Shown here one piece after another: positions 47,701 through 58,003 of a DNA stretch of 64,000 nt; the stretch's first letter is position 1, and each line of letters opens with the position of its first letter. Origin of the DNA: Phycisphaeraceae bacterium (lineage in GTDB: Bacteria; Planctomycetota; Phycisphaerae; Phycisphaerales; Phycisphaeraceae); the NCBI GenBank assembly GCA_963674705.1, contig OY771506.1:4480001-4544000 (forward strand). The letters are read 5' to 3'. The position numbers and the translations under genes are program-made. The notes under the pieces were generated by a model. The model saw only the letters and a program-made list of their open reading frames with translations. It was not told where the DNA came from and did not search any database.

Positions 47701-48733
47701 CGAACGAAGTTTCCTTCACAACCTGCAGCATCTGCCCGAGCACGGCGTCGATATCCAGACCTTCAGCTTGCGCTTCAAAACTTAATAGCAGACGGTGACG
47801 CAACACGGGGATCGCCACCTTGCGCAGGTCGTCGGTGGATACGGCGTAACGCCCGTCGAGCAGCGCCTGCACTTTACCCAGCAGCAGAAGCGACTGGCCG
47901 GCACGCGGGCTTGCGCCCATGCGGACGTACTGGTTGATCTGATCGGTTGCGTATGGCGAGCCGGGCTGGGTCGCCATGACAAGGCGCGTGGCGTACTTGA
48001 AGACCTGATCGCTGACAGCTACCTGACGCACGGTGTGGCGCATCTTCAGGATGTCTTCAGCGGAGCAGACGCGGTTGACGGTCGGCGGGGTGTCGCCGGT
48101 CGTGCGTTGGAGGATGGATGCGTATTCATCTTCGCCGGGGTATCCGACGAGCAGCTTGACCATGAAGCGGTCGAGCTGCGCTTCGGGCAGCGGGTACGTG
48201 CCTTCCTGCTCGATGGGGTTTTGCGTCGCGAGGACCATGAACGGCTCGGGCAGGTCGAGTGTGTCGCGACCGAGTGAGACTTGCCGTTCCTGCATGCCCT
48301 GCAGCAAAGCGGATTGCGTCTTGGGCGTCGCACGGTTGATTTCGTCAGCCAAAAGGAGGTTGGTGACGATCGGGCCGGGCTCGATGCGCAGTTCGACGCC
48401 GCCGCTGGGTTTTTCGAACAGCGCGTGCGTGCCGGTGAGGTCGGTCGGCATGAGGTCGGGCGTGAACTGGACGCGTGAGAATTCCAGGTCGATGACTTCG
48501 CTGAGCGTGCGGACGAGCAGCGTTTTACCGAGGCCGGGCACGCCTTCGATCAGCACGTGGCCGTCGGCTGTCAGTGTTGAGAGCACGAAGCGGACCAGGT
48601 CGTGGTGGCCGACGAATACCTTGCCGATTTCCGCTTCCATGGTCTTGAAGCGTTCGGCGAACTGCTGTACCTGAGCGGCAGCGTCCGAGGTAAGGTCGTT
48701 CGATGTTTGTGTGGACTGTGGTGTGTCACTCAT
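47693..48733 (-). CDS. moxR: MoxR-family AAA+ ATPase
   Basis: [45 protein letters not shown] and [22 protein letters not shown]. Probable start 48733. Confidence 0.96.
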   Translation of the reverse strand: MSDTPQSTQTSNDLTSDAAAQVQQFAERFKTMEAEIGKVFVGHHDLVRFVLSTLTADGHVLIEGVPGLGKTLLVRTLSEVIDLEFSRVQFTPDLMPTDLTGTHALFEKPSGGVELRIEPGPIVTNLLLADEINRATPKTQSALLQGMQERQVSLGRDTLDLPEPFMVLATQNPIEQEGTYPLPEAQLDRFMVKLLVGYPGEDEYASILQRTTGDTPPTVNRVCSAEDILKMRHTVRQVAVSDQVFKYATRLVMATQPGSPYATDQINQYVRMGASPRAGQSLLLLGKVQALLDGRYAVSTDDLRKVAIPVLRHRLLLSFEAQAEGLDIDAVLGQMLQVVKETSFDD

Positions 48734-48755
48734 AGCAATAATCTTAGCGGATTGA

Positions 48756-50174
48756 CTATTCGGTTGGTTCTCGACGCAACGCTGCCAGGTAGTCGCTGAC
48801 GAAGCGTGCCTCACGCTCATCCCATCGCTGGGTATTGATCTGCCAAACGGGATCGTTATTGATCGGGCCTGTTGTTTCGTTGGTGGTATCGTCCTGCTGT
48901 GGCGGTGTTACGCGTCGGAAGGTGCGCTGCACGGGGCCGGGGCGCGACTGACCTTCGACGAGTTCGGGTGTGGGGACGCCTAAGAGCATGGCTGCGGTGC
49001 CGCGCGATTTTTTGACGGGTGTGGGGCCGCCACGACCGGAGCCGGGCGGGCCTTTGGGTCCGCTGATACCAAGCTGACGTGACGGCGCGACGTTGCGGTC
49101 GCGTGCTGCGGGTTGTGCGCCGCCCCGCTGCTGCTGGTCATCGACGGGTTCATCCTCCGGCTCATCGGATTCTGTTTCGTCGGCGGACGTCTGGCTGGAC
49201 GCCGCGGTCCGGATGTTTTTGACCCAATCGTTTTTCACGCTGAACGAAGCGCCGCCGCTGCGGCCTGCGCCGGAGGGCATGGCGTTATCCGATGGCGAAC
49301 CTGCTTCGCGGCTTCCCGGTGAGGTCTTCTTCGATTGGCTGGAGGGTTTGTTTGATTCTTGAGATTGATTCGGTGCGGATTCTGATTCGCGCTGCCCTGA
49401 CCCGGCCGACGCGGTAGCGCCAGTGCCTGCAGCTGCGTGGGCGGCGCTGACTCGGCCCGGCGAGGTCTGGTCCGATTCCTTTGGTTGATCGGGCGACGTT
49501 GTGCGGGTCGACCGCGTTGACTCAGCGCTTTGCTGAGTTGATCGATTCGTCGTCGGGCGGTTGGTTGAATCGGTGCGCGGCTGCGTCAGATCGGCGGGCT
49601 CGTCCGTCGTCGTCATGGCGACAGTAGCGCCGGGGGTTGCGGCATCATCCGGTAACCGGTGCGAGATGCTCGGGATGTCGGGGGATAACAGCAGCACGAC
49701 GGTTAAGAGTGCGGCCGCGATAGACTGCCGCCAGGGGAGAGCGTTCGGCTCGGGTTGTGCCTGCTGTTGCGTCAGCGCGGTCAGTGCGTGATTGCCATCC
49801 TGGATCGCTGCACGCTCGAAAAGATCGGTTGTGCCGCGCTGTTCGAAGCAGAGGGCTGTGGCGATGCGGTTTTTGGTTGAGCCGCGCAGGTCGAGGGTTT
49901 CTGCGACGTGCGGCAGGGTCGGCGGGTTCAATAACTGAACCAGGCTCCAGCATGCCCAGAGCAAAGCGGCGAGTATGAGGACTGCGATACCGATTTGCGT
50001 CCCCGTGGTTATGCCGATGAGCACGGCGACGGGCACGCTCCAGATAAACCAGGGCACGGTGCGGATCGCACGGCGGACGGTCCATTCGCGACCGAGCGCT
50101 TGCTGCCACTTACCTAGCGCCGGAGCGATCTGCTTTTCAGAATGGGTTGCCGCATGGGGCGAATCAGGCGTCAT
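48756..50174 (-). CDS. Hypothetical membrane protein with low-complexity S/Q/G-rich C-terminal region (MoxR-operon accessory)
   Basis: Two or three TM helices, LD....TKNRIATAL.F motif and a disordered tail; ATGA overlap with the upstream gene. Confidence 0.75.
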   Translation of the reverse strand: MTPDSPHAATHSEKQIAPALGKWQQALGREWTVRRAIRTVPWFIWSVPVAVLIGITTGTQIGIAVLILAALLWACWSLVQLLNPPTLPHVAETLDLRGSTKNRIATALCFEQRGTTDLFERAAIQDGNHALTALTQQQAQPEPNALPWRQSIAAALLTVVLLLSPDIPSISHRLPDDAATPGATVAMTTTDEPADLTQPRTDSTNRPTTNRSTQQSAESTRSTRTTSPDQPKESDQTSPGRVSAAHAAAGTGATASAGSGQRESESAPNQSQESNKPSSQSKKTSPGSREAGSPSDNAMPSGAGRSGGASFSVKNDWVKNIRTAASSQTSADETESDEPEDEPVDDQQQRGGAQPAARDRNVAPSRQLGISGPKGPPGSGRGGPTPVKKSRGTAAMLLGVPTPELVEGQSRPGPVQRTFRRVTPPQQDDTTNETTGPINNDPVWQINTQRWDEREARFVSDYLAALRREPTE

Positions 50175-52540
50175 GGTGTTTGCCTTTCATCATGTGCGGC
50201 AAATCGTTTCCATCCAAGACATTCACCATCGGGCGATTCCCAGACGATAAGGATTGCTGTTAACGCCGGGTCGATCAGATTCGGTTCAAACGCATACTTC
50301 CGCCCTTCCCACTGGCGGATCATACTGAGTTGCCTGCGTTGAAGTTTATCGAGGTCCTTGCGTGTGACGATCCATTCGTTCGGTTCGGCGTTATCAGCAG
50401 TCGCAGCGTTTAACGGCAAGCTGATGGTTGTGCCGTCGCGCACCATCCAGTCGTGGAACATCGCTTTGGATTCACAGGGCCAGAATACGAGTTGTTCGAG
50501 AAGCCAGAGGCGCAGTTGTCCTTCGTGCGGCGTCGTGGTGTCGTTCGAGCGGAGCGTGACGCGGTATTGCTCTGCGGACGGTTCAAAGTGTACTTCCAGC
50601 CAGTCAAGTTCTGACGGGCCCGGCTCGCCCTGCATTGACACGACCGCTTCGACCAGCGCATCAAGCCAGACGTCGGCCCGGACATCCATCGGGATATCAA
50701 CGACCTGACCATTGATTGCGACGGCGGGTGTCTGGCTGATGGACAGTTCCTTTTCGCGATCGGTCGTGACCTTGCGTGCGAACGGATCATTGATGTGATG
50801 CGTGACAAGGCCGAACTGCGGGAACATCTGCGCCGATGCGGCCCAACCGCGAAGCACCTGCTCGGAAACAGGATTGTCTGCTTCAACGAACAGCTCGATC
50901 AGCGGGCGCGTGGTCTCGCTGAGGCTTTCAGCGGAAGGCGGGCGGCGCGTGAGGGCATCGATCTGGCCTTCAAGCAGCATCTGCATCTGTAGTGTGGAGA
51001 ACTTTGCTCGTAACTGCGGATCGTTTGATAAACGTCCCAGGCCACGCAGCGCACCGATCGGCGGCGTGTCGGCCAGGGCGCTTTGGGCGTAGCGCGACCA
51101 TGCACGCAAAGGCTGGTCGGTCACTTCGTACAACCGCCCGAGCCAGAAGTTGATGTAAGGATCGGAAGGCAGGCCGAAACGGGCCGCGATCAGACCTCGC
51201 CGGGCCTCTTCGTAATCGCCTCGGATCAATGCGATCAGGCCCCGGCGTGCGGCGATCTGGTGGACGGCGACGCTGTCCAGGTCCTTGTCGGCGGTCTTCT
51301 CAGCAACATCCAGCGCGGCCTCGGCGGCGTCGTATGCTAAGGGCGTGTCATCCTCGCGGGAGATCGCGTCGTCGGCGACACGCACCAGCGCCATCGCGCT
51401 GCGCTGCTCGGGGATACTATTTAAGAGTAATTCAAACGCACGGCGGGACGCTTCGATATCCAAAGGCCTCTGGTCCAGCCGCATGCGTACGAGTGTTTCG
51501 CACGCGGTGGCGATTTGCGATTGAGGCAAGCCTTCACGGATCACGGCTTCGACCGCGTCAGCGTCGGCGTTCGCTCTTGCCCGCAAATAAGCCCGCACCA
51601 CCGACGACACTTCCGGCTCAACGAGCGGTGTCAAAACCAGACGCTGGTTTGGGATGTCGATCACGACGCGCATCTTCTGCATCAGGTCGGCGCCGAGGTT
51701 GATGTCGGGCCGGGGCTCGGGCAGTTCACTGAAGTCGCTGGGTTCGAGGATTGTGTAGTCGGCGAGGTTGATGCCGCCGACGACAGCGGTGGGAAGGTCG
51801 CCGCTTGGGAAGCCGAGCGCATCGGCGGTGTCGCTGTTGATGCGTGTGGTTCGTTCGCCGCTGGCAAGGCGGACACGCAGGGGTTTACCGTTGGGCCCCA
51901 CCGCATCGATCCAGTAGCCGTAGCCTTGGGCTTCAAAGGGGATGATCTCGGAGGTGTCGGGCTCTTCGGCGGCCTGGGTGAAGACGTTTTCTTCCTGGCC
52001 GAACACGACTTCGCCGGCGGCGAGGTTCAGCGTCATGACACCGTGGAAAGCGGGCAAGCCCAGGACGACCGCGGCGGGGATTTCACCAAGGGCTTCAGCG
52101 TTCATCGCGCTGAATTGCTCGATGGGTTCGATCTCGACGGCTACGACATCGAGCGTGGGCCAGACGAGGCCTTGATCGGTAAACGCGATCCGCAGTTTGC
52201 CTTCGTTATGGATACCGAGAGCGGCGGCGGTGCGCGGGTGGACCAGCGCGGGGGCCCGTACGCCGATGTCGAGTACGGCATGGCTGGGCAGAGTGACCTC
52301 GCCGCCGGTCAGGTCGATGCGGACGCACGACAGGCCGTCGATCGTATTCATTTTCAGCGTATCTGCGTGGACTATATTGATCAGGCACAGAATCAACATG
52401 ACAGGCAGCACCTGACATAGCAGAAGCGGCCGCACGCAGCAGGTGAAAGATTCGACAAGCCTATGATACATATGGGTAAAACACGCTTGTGACTTATTGA
52501 AAGTCAGGCTGGGTGAGCAAACGTCGGATTCCGGTGTCAA
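50171..52540 (-). CDS. Secreted protein: two degenerate retropepsin-like domains + TPR + thioredoxin-like domain
   Basis: Signal-like MLILCLINIVHA; AVLDIG; INLGADLMQKMRVVIDIPNQRLVL; TPR (FWLGRLYE); PLIELF...TPAVAING. The real start probably lies downstream of 52540. Confidence 0.65.
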   Translation of the reverse strand: MTPESDVCSPSLTFNKSQACFTHMYHRLVESFTCCVRPLLLCQVLPVMLILCLINIVHADTLKMNTIDGLSCVRIDLTGGEVTLPSHAVLDIGVRAPALVHPRTAAALGIHNEGKLRIAFTDQGLVWPTLDVVAVEIEPIEQFSAMNAEALGEIPAAVVLGLPAFHGVMTLNLAAGEVVFGQEENVFTQAAEEPDTSEIIPFEAQGYGYWIDAVGPNGKPLRVRLASGERTTRINSDTADALGFPSGDLPTAVVGGINLADYTILEPSDFSELPEPRPDINLGADLMQKMRVVIDIPNQRLVLTPLVEPEVSSVVRAYLRARANADADAVEAVIREGLPQSQIATACETLVRMRLDQRPLDIEASRRAFELLLNSIPEQRSAMALVRVADDAISREDDTPLAYDAAEAALDVAEKTADKDLDSVAVHQIAARRGLIALIRGDYEEARRGLIAARFGLPSDPYINFWLGRLYEVTDQPLRAWSRYAQSALADTPPIGALRGLGRLSNDPQLRAKFSTLQMQMLLEGQIDALTRRPPSAESLSETTRPLIELFVEADNPVSEQVLRGWAASAQMFPQFGLVTHHINDPFARKVTTDREKELSISQTPAVAINGQVVDIPMDVRADVWLDALVEAVVSMQGEPGPSELDWLEVHFEPSAEQYRVTLRSNDTTTPHEGQLRLWLLEQLVFWPCESKAMFHDWMVRDGTTISLPLNAATADNAEPNEWIVTRKDLDKLQRRQLSMIRQWEGRKYAFEPNLIDPALTAILIVWESPDGECLGWKRFAAHDERQTP

Positions 52541-52721
52541 CCACAGAAAACGCCTGCTCTCATGGTTGCTATGTCATTGTATTCAACCATCTTAAAATGG
52601 TCCAACCACCACATTGGGGCGCTATATATAAGGATAGGTCCCCAATCAATCGGATCGGGTGGGGTTTCAGGCAAGATGGGTATGCCTGGTGATAAACAAG
52701 ATGCCGTTTTGCTGCTGCGGA

Positions 52722-53975
52722 TTATTGCGAGGCGGCGTTGTTGAGCCGTGACGGCTTGGCTTGAGTTGTCAGCCGTAACCTGACGATGGATGCGAGCCCG
52801 CCGGCGGCGGTTTCACGGTACTTGGCTTGCAGGTCGTGGCCGGTATCGTTCATCACATCGATCACTTCATCGAGTTTGACGATGTGCTGACCGTCGGTGG
52901 CGATGGCGTAGGTGGCGCAATCCATGGCGCGCATTGCGGCAAAGGCATTGCGTTCGATGCAGGGCACTTGTACCAATCCCAGTACGGGGTCGCAGGTCAG
53001 GCCGAGGAAGTGTTCAAGGCCCATCTCGGCGGCGTATTCGATCTGGCCGTTGGCTGCACCAAGTAGAAAGGCGGCGGCGGCGGAAGCCATGCAGCAGGCG
53101 GCCCCCACTTCTCCCTGGCAGCCGACTTCGGCACCACTGATCGACGCCCTGTGCTCGATGACCGCCCCGATCATGCCTGCGATGGCAAGCGCTCTACCTA
53201 TTGACTGCTGTGACGCGTTGCGATTTTTCTGGAAGTGGTAGAGCACGCCGGGCAAGATGCCGGAGGAACCGCAGGTAGGCGCGGTGACAATCCTGCCACC
53301 TGAAGCGTTTTCTTCTGAGACTGCAAGCGCGTAGCTGCTGATCAGTTTGCGATCATCTTCATCGTGTTCAAGAGCCTTGCTGTGCATTGATCGGGCTCGC
53401 CGCTTGAGCTTCAACTCGCCGGGCAAGGTTTGCTGATCGCTGGCGATGCCTCGCTCTACAGCTTGTCGCATGGTTTGCCAGACATTTTTGAGATGCGTCC
53501 AGGCGTCGGGTGAGTCGTGTGCGTCGAGATATGCCCAGAGAGGTTTACCGGTTTGATCTGAGAAATCCAGTACATCCTGGAAAGACGTGGCTGGATAGAG
53601 CGGATCATCCGTGTGTTGTATGGGCCCGGATTCGTCGCGTAACTGCCCGCCGCCGATACTGTAGACCCGCCATCTGTCCAGCAGCTCGCCGCTGCGGTCC
53701 CTGGCTTCGAGGTCCATGCCGTTGGGGTGCAGGGACAGATGTTTGTCCGGCCGCCAAAGGATTTCTGTGCAGATGGGGTGCGTTGATTGCAGGATCGCCT
53801 TGTCGGTCAGGTGCCCCCGGCCGGTCAGCGCCAGGCCGTCATATAGCGTGACCACGAGCGAAGCCGGTGGGTGGTCGAAGCGTTGCAGGAATAATCGACA
53901 GGCAAGCGCGGGGCCCATGGTGTGAGAGCTGGATGGCCCTAACCCGATTTTATAGACGGAACGTACGGAGAGCAC
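52722..53975 (-). CDS. sdaA: Iron-sulfur-dependent L-serine ammonia-lyase (single chain)
   Basis: YKIGLGPSSSHTMGP, LALTGRGH.TD, YSIGGG, EENASGGRIVTAPTCGSSG, GAEVGCQGEVG, LGLTCDPV.GLVQVPCIERNA and KYRETA.GGLA. Confidence 0.96.
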   Translation of the reverse strand: MLSVRSVYKIGLGPSSSHTMGPALACRLFLQRFDHPPASLVVTLYDGLALTGRGHLTDKAILQSTHPICTEILWRPDKHLSLHPNGMDLEARDRSGELLDRWRVYSIGGGQLRDESGPIQHTDDPLYPATSFQDVLDFSDQTGKPLWAYLDAHDSPDAWTHLKNVWQTMRQAVERGIASDQQTLPGELKLKRRARSMHSKALEHDEDDRKLISSYALAVSEENASGGRIVTAPTCGSSGILPGVLYHFQKNRNASQQSIGRALAIAGMIGAVIEHRASISGAEVGCQGEVGAACCMASAAAAFLLGAANGQIEYAAEMGLEHFLGLTCDPVLGLVQVPCIERNAFAAMRAMDCATYAIATDGQHIVKLDEVIDVMNDTGHDLQAKYRETAAGGLASIVRLRLTTQAKPSRLNNAASQ

Positions 53976-54048
53976 TGAGCACCTCTGTGACTTTGTATAC
54001 CCAGATTATCGCGAGATGTAGCTGACACCGCTACATGTCAAGGATAAG

Positions 54049-54081
54049 AAAACGGACACACACAATGAAGCATGTGTCCGT
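54049..54081 (-). terminator. Probable intrinsic terminator after the PEP-CTERM gene
   Basis: ACGGACACA...TGTGTCCGT stem with a T-run on the minus strand. Confidence 0.55.
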
Positions 54082-54119
54082 AAAGTGAAGTTAAAAGGAT
54101 TGATTATGCCGGTAGATCA

Positions 54120-55457
54120 TCATCGGCTGCGACGCAGGAGCACACCCCACCCCAGGCCCAACAGAGCGATGGAAGCCGGTTCGGGGATCACGCCGGCACT
54201 GGAGGGCGTGCCGGAATTCCAGTTATTCAAGACGATGTCCAGGTCATCCAGGCCGACGAAGCCGTCGCCGGAAGGATCGCCCTGAAGCAGTTCGCCGGCC
54301 GGAACGGTGGTGTTCCAGCGGGTGAGGATGATGTCCAGGTCATCCAGGCCGACGAAGCCGTCGCCGTCAAGGTCACCTGGTATCACGATCGCGCCGGAGA
54401 TCAGTTCGATTTTGACGTTGTCGATGACGCTGTCGTAGTTACCGGTGGTATTTGCGAGTATCAGGTAATCGAAGCCGTCGACTTGGGGGGCGTTGTGATA
54501 AGCATACGGGTCTTCATCGAGAGCGTCGGTGTCGCCAAAGGATTCGAGCAGCGTACCGTTGCTGTCGTAGAGTTCCATTGTGTAGAAGATGTTGTCGCCG
54601 TCGGCGTTGACGACATCCACGCGTTCGAGGATGAGTTTGACGGTGTACTTGTCGGTCGTGGAGATGAGCGGCCAGGTGTCTGCGATGCCGTCTTCATCGG
54701 CATCAGTGGGCTGGGCGACGAAGTCCATATCGTTGCCACCGAGGACGCGGCCTTCGGTGCCGCCTTCCTGCGCGATTCGGATGTTCTGAAGCAGCGAATC
54801 ACCGACCGCTGAATTAGGCGACATGGTCAAACCAAGACGACACATGACACCGACGTCGTCACCGGCATTACCGTATGGCACCTCATCACCATCGAACAGG
54901 CCGTCGTCATTGCCCCAGGGATTATCACCGCCGCCGATGCGATCGAGTTCGTTATCCGTGTCTTCGTAAAGCCCGAATCGCAACTCACCGGCGAAGGGGA
55001 AAGAGTCCGGCGCGGTTGCCGTGGTTGGCGAACCGTCACCGGAGGCCCAGACGCGCCAGTCGAAGGACAGTTCGAGCTTATCGCCGACGTTGCTGCCTAA
55101 AGAGATGGTTTCGGGGAAGATACCGACGTATTCACTGCCGATGCCGACGGCTTCTACAAACATGGCGTTGCCCGAGTCGAGGCCCGCACCGGAGGTCGGC
55201 GTGTCGTCCATGATTGTCAGTTCAGGCTTGTTGCGTGGCAATTCGCCGGGTGTTGTGGGTGTGGTCTGGCCGTTGGCAGAGAACCAGTTGATATCCAGTG
55301 GATCGGCTACAGTGTCTGCGCGGTCGCCGTCGTCGAAAGTGTCATACACGACGACCTCGGCACCGGCTTGCACGCCGATCGTCATCGCACCGCCCAAGCA
55401 TAACCCCATGATAATCCGCCGCCAGGTGCTACCGTTTTGAGGCTGACTTCCAATCAT
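54120..55457 (-). CDS. Acidic PEP-CTERM surface protein with dockerin-like twin repeat
   Basis: Signal peptide, GDLDGDGFVGLDDLD-type repeat twice, IPEPASIALLGLGWGVLLRRSR. Confidence 0.9.
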   Translation of the reverse strand: MIGSQPQNGSTWRRIIMGLCLGGAMTIGVQAGAEVVVYDTFDDGDRADTVADPLDINWFSANGQTTPTTPGELPRNKPELTIMDDTPTSGAGLDSGNAMFVEAVGIGSEYVGIFPETISLGSNVGDKLELSFDWRVWASGDGSPTTATAPDSFPFAGELRFGLYEDTDNELDRIGGGDNPWGNDDGLFDGDEVPYGNAGDDVGVMCRLGLTMSPNSAVGDSLLQNIRIAQEGGTEGRVLGGNDMDFVAQPTDADEDGIADTWPLISTTDKYTVKLILERVDVVNADGDNIFYTMELYDSNGTLLESFGDTDALDEDPYAYHNAPQVDGFDYLILANTTGNYDSVIDNVKIELISGAIVIPGDLDGDGFVGLDDLDIILTRWNTTVPAGELLQGDPSGDGFVGLDDLDIVLNNWNSGTPSSAGVIPEPASIALLGLGWGVLLRRSR

Positions 55458-55657
55458 GTTCAGTATTCCTTTGGTTGTGTCGGTTTGCGTCCTATGCGTT
55501 GGGCCTACCGACGAATTACTAATTGCATTCCATTTTGACTCGGGTCGAATCCGCTTTGGAATCGGGCCGGACCCGTTACGTTTTTTTAATGGATGGGGCT
55601 GGTGGTTCCAACCCCACCCGTAGATGGAGGAATCAATACGCTTGCGCTGACACTTAC

Positions 55658-56626
55658 TTAGCGACGACGCAGAACGGCCAGGCCACCGAGTCCCATCAGG
55701 GCCAGCGAAGCCGGTTCCGGTGTGATGGCGATGTTCAGGTTATCGACGAAGTACTCGGCCTGCTTGGTGTTGTTAAAGGCCAGGTAGTTCCACTCAAAGG
55801 TGGATTGAGCCAGACCTTCGCCAACAGGCTCGAAGCCGCTGAGGTTGCCCACGCCGTCGACGTAGCAACTGATGCGGGTACCTTCCGTACTTACGCCTTC
55901 AACATCTTCGCAGGTGTGTGTGACGACCAGAGTAATCGTGTGCTTGAGCGAATCGGTGATCGCCGGGAGCGTGCCCCCCGCGGAAGATGGAACGATCGAG
56001 TCGGTGTCGCTGCCGCCGAGGATCGTGTCGATGTTGAACTCTTCGATGATGGTGGGGGTCGAGGTCGAGGTGCCTACGTTCACGCGGATCTGGAAGCCGG
56101 TGTCACCTTGTGCGCCGGGATAGCTGCCATCGAAGTTGCCTTCTTCATAGCCGAATTCACCCGGGCCGGCAGTGTTGAAGTACGATTCGTCCGCCATGAA
56201 GATGCCCCATCGCAATTGCGCGGCGTTGCTCAGCGCATCGGTGCCTTCTTCGTAGCGGATGTCGTAGCTGATGGTCATGGTTTCGTCGAGGCCGAGTGAA
56301 ATCGTCTGGCCCAACGGTGCGTACATTTCGAAGTTCGATCCGGCCTGGTCGACGTACAGCGCGTTGCCGCTGCCGATGCCTGCCGAGTCGTCGACGACGG
56401 TGAACGCGGGGTTCGGCGTCCCGTCAGACAGGGCTTCCATCGCCAGCCACTTAATACCGACATCCCCGGCATCGGAGACGGCCGAGCCATCAACCACGCC
56501 ATCGTTGTTGCGGTCCGCATCGCCTAGGCCGTCGGTGACAACCACGGGTGTGCCATACGCAAAACCCGCAGCCAGCGCCAGCGCTGCCGCCGATGTAAAC
56601 CACTGTGAATACCTTCGCTCTGCCAT
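55658..56626 (-). CDS. Acidic PEP-CTERM surface protein, paralog of 54120-55457 without the dockerin repeat
   Basis: RBS AGGAG before MAERRYSQWF (56626); GIGSGNALYV versus GLDSGNAMFV; ILGGSDTD versus VLGGNDMD; TPEPASLALMGLGGLAVLRRR. Confidence 0.9.
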   Translation of the reverse strand: MAERRYSQWFTSAAALALAAGFAYGTPVVVTDGLGDADRNNDGVVDGSAVSDAGDVGIKWLAMEALSDGTPNPAFTVVDDSAGIGSGNALYVDQAGSNFEMYAPLGQTISLGLDETMTISYDIRYEEGTDALSNAAQLRWGIFMADESYFNTAGPGEFGYEEGNFDGSYPGAQGDTGFQIRVNVGTSTSTPTIIEEFNIDTILGGSDTDSIVPSSAGGTLPAITDSLKHTITLVVTHTCEDVEGVSTEGTRISCYVDGVGNLSGFEPVGEGLAQSTFEWNYLAFNNTKQAEYFVDNLNIAITPEPASLALMGLGGLAVLRRR

Positions 56627-56836
56627 GTGTTCTCTCCTCTCAGAAAACGTAGAAGTGATGTATCCGAATGCTTGCCTCCGTCGTGATTGGGTCGGGATCA
56701 TATGAAGGACATACCCTAAGTCCGGACCCTCATCACACTGGATACAGGATACAGCATTTAATTTTGTAAACCATTATAAATGCCTACGTTGCGCAAAATC
56801 GGCAGGGCTCTGCGCTTTCCACGTGGTTCTGATCGT

Positions 56837-56869
56837 AAAAGTATGCCCCGGATACGCATTCCGGGGTAT
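56837..56869 (-). terminator. Probable intrinsic terminator of the minus-strand sugar operon
   Basis: ATACCCCGGA...TCCGGGGCAT stem followed by a T-run on the minus strand. Confidence 0.6.
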
Positions 56870-56955
56870 TGATGTGTTAGATTTCCGTTAACGGAGGTTG
56901 GTTCACTCCGGAAAGTGGAAAACCTGTAACGATTATGACGGTCGGTTGAAAGCAG

Positions 56956-57966
56956 TTATGCCTTGAGCCGACCAAGCCCGACACGCCAGACACCGCCCCG
57001 CTTCAAGTGCTTGACGATCGCCCGCTCGAGCGTGGTCCGTTGCGGCGCCTGTGTGATGTCCTGGTACACCTGCCCGAAGACGAAGCTCTGCACTTCATCG
57101 GAATCCCGCTCGAATCCGAGCAATTCAAACCGCTTCAAAAAGCGGCAGATATTGCTATCCGCCGGCAGGTATTCAGCCAGTTGCGGGTCCATCAACCACG
57201 ACCGGCACAGCATCGCTTGAGTCCGATGTTCCGGAAAGTGAACGGGGAAAAAGGATATGGCTTGTGAGATAGATGTCTCGCAAGCTTCAGGGACTAATGG
57301 TCCTGATCTTGGGATGTGAATCCAGAGCACCGGGCTTTCAAGCGTTAATCCAAGCCGCCTGATGCAGGCACGATCCGACTTGAGTTCATCGCGTTCAGCT
57401 TCGTCCAGCTTCGTAGCAACTCGGCTCATCTCGAATTGCAGCCTGCCGAGCGCCACGATCCTGTGCGTCAGGTGATGAGTCAGCCAGCGCATCCGCATCA
57501 CGCCGGGACACCCCAGGTTTTCAAGGCATCTATTGAACGCTCGGTGAACGTCCCGCAACGTGTCTCGGATGATCGTATCGCTGATGCCGCGCAATGTGTA
57601 GATCTCGCAGAATCGGCGGATACCGGACAGCACGAGCAGGCCGTAGGTGTAGGCGAGTTGTGGCTCCGTTGCTGCGGGCCATTGTTCCATGTCAGGTACG
57701 GTCCAGCCGCCGGGATCGATCAGGCCACGGTGCCAGTGCCATAACAGAGCGGTTGTATCGGGATGGCTGCGCAGCTTCTGAGCGTGCTTAGTCAGTTGCC
57801 TGATCCAGTCATCTTCCAGTGCAGCCATTCGGCCCGCCCATTTGATCTCAGTCGGATCGAACAGGCGCAACGCTTTGTCGGACATAGAGGCGCGCGATGC
57901 ATCTAATCCCTGTTGCCAGAACATACAGCGAGATGGACTTAACGGGCTGGGCGATGAATCAGCCAT
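56956..57966 (-). CDS. Acyltransferase-domain protein (DUF5596/GNAT-like C-terminal type)
   Basis: I..DTL.D, LGRLQFE, IHIP..GPL.PEAC..S...A..FF and CRSWLMDPQLAEYLP.DSNI.RF motifs. Probable start 57966. Confidence 0.8.
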   Translation of the reverse strand: MADSSPSPLSPSRCMFWQQGLDASRASMSDKALRLFDPTEIKWAGRMAALEDDWIRQLTKHAQKLRSHPDTTALLWHWHRGLIDPGGWTVPDMEQWPAATEPQLAYTYGLLVLSGIRRFCEIYTLRGISDTIIRDTLRDVHRAFNRCLENLGCPGVMRMRWLTHHLTHRIVALGRLQFEMSRVATKLDEAERDELKSDRACIRRLGLTLESPVLWIHIPRSGPLVPEACETSISQAISFFPVHFPEHRTQAMLCRSWLMDPQLAEYLPADSNICRFLKRFELLGFERDSDEVQSFVFGQVYQDITQAPQRTTLERAIVKHLKRGGVWRVGLGRLKA

Positions 57967-58003
57967 GACAGGTGTACAAAATAAGTTCAAGTCAAACGGT
58001 GGA

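Noticed and set aside
54016..54041. Palindrome ATGTAGC-N7-GCTACAT next to a minus-strand TTGACA upstream of sdaA
   Set aside because: It is a single occurrence with no well-spaced -10 box or cognate regulator nearby; too weak to call.
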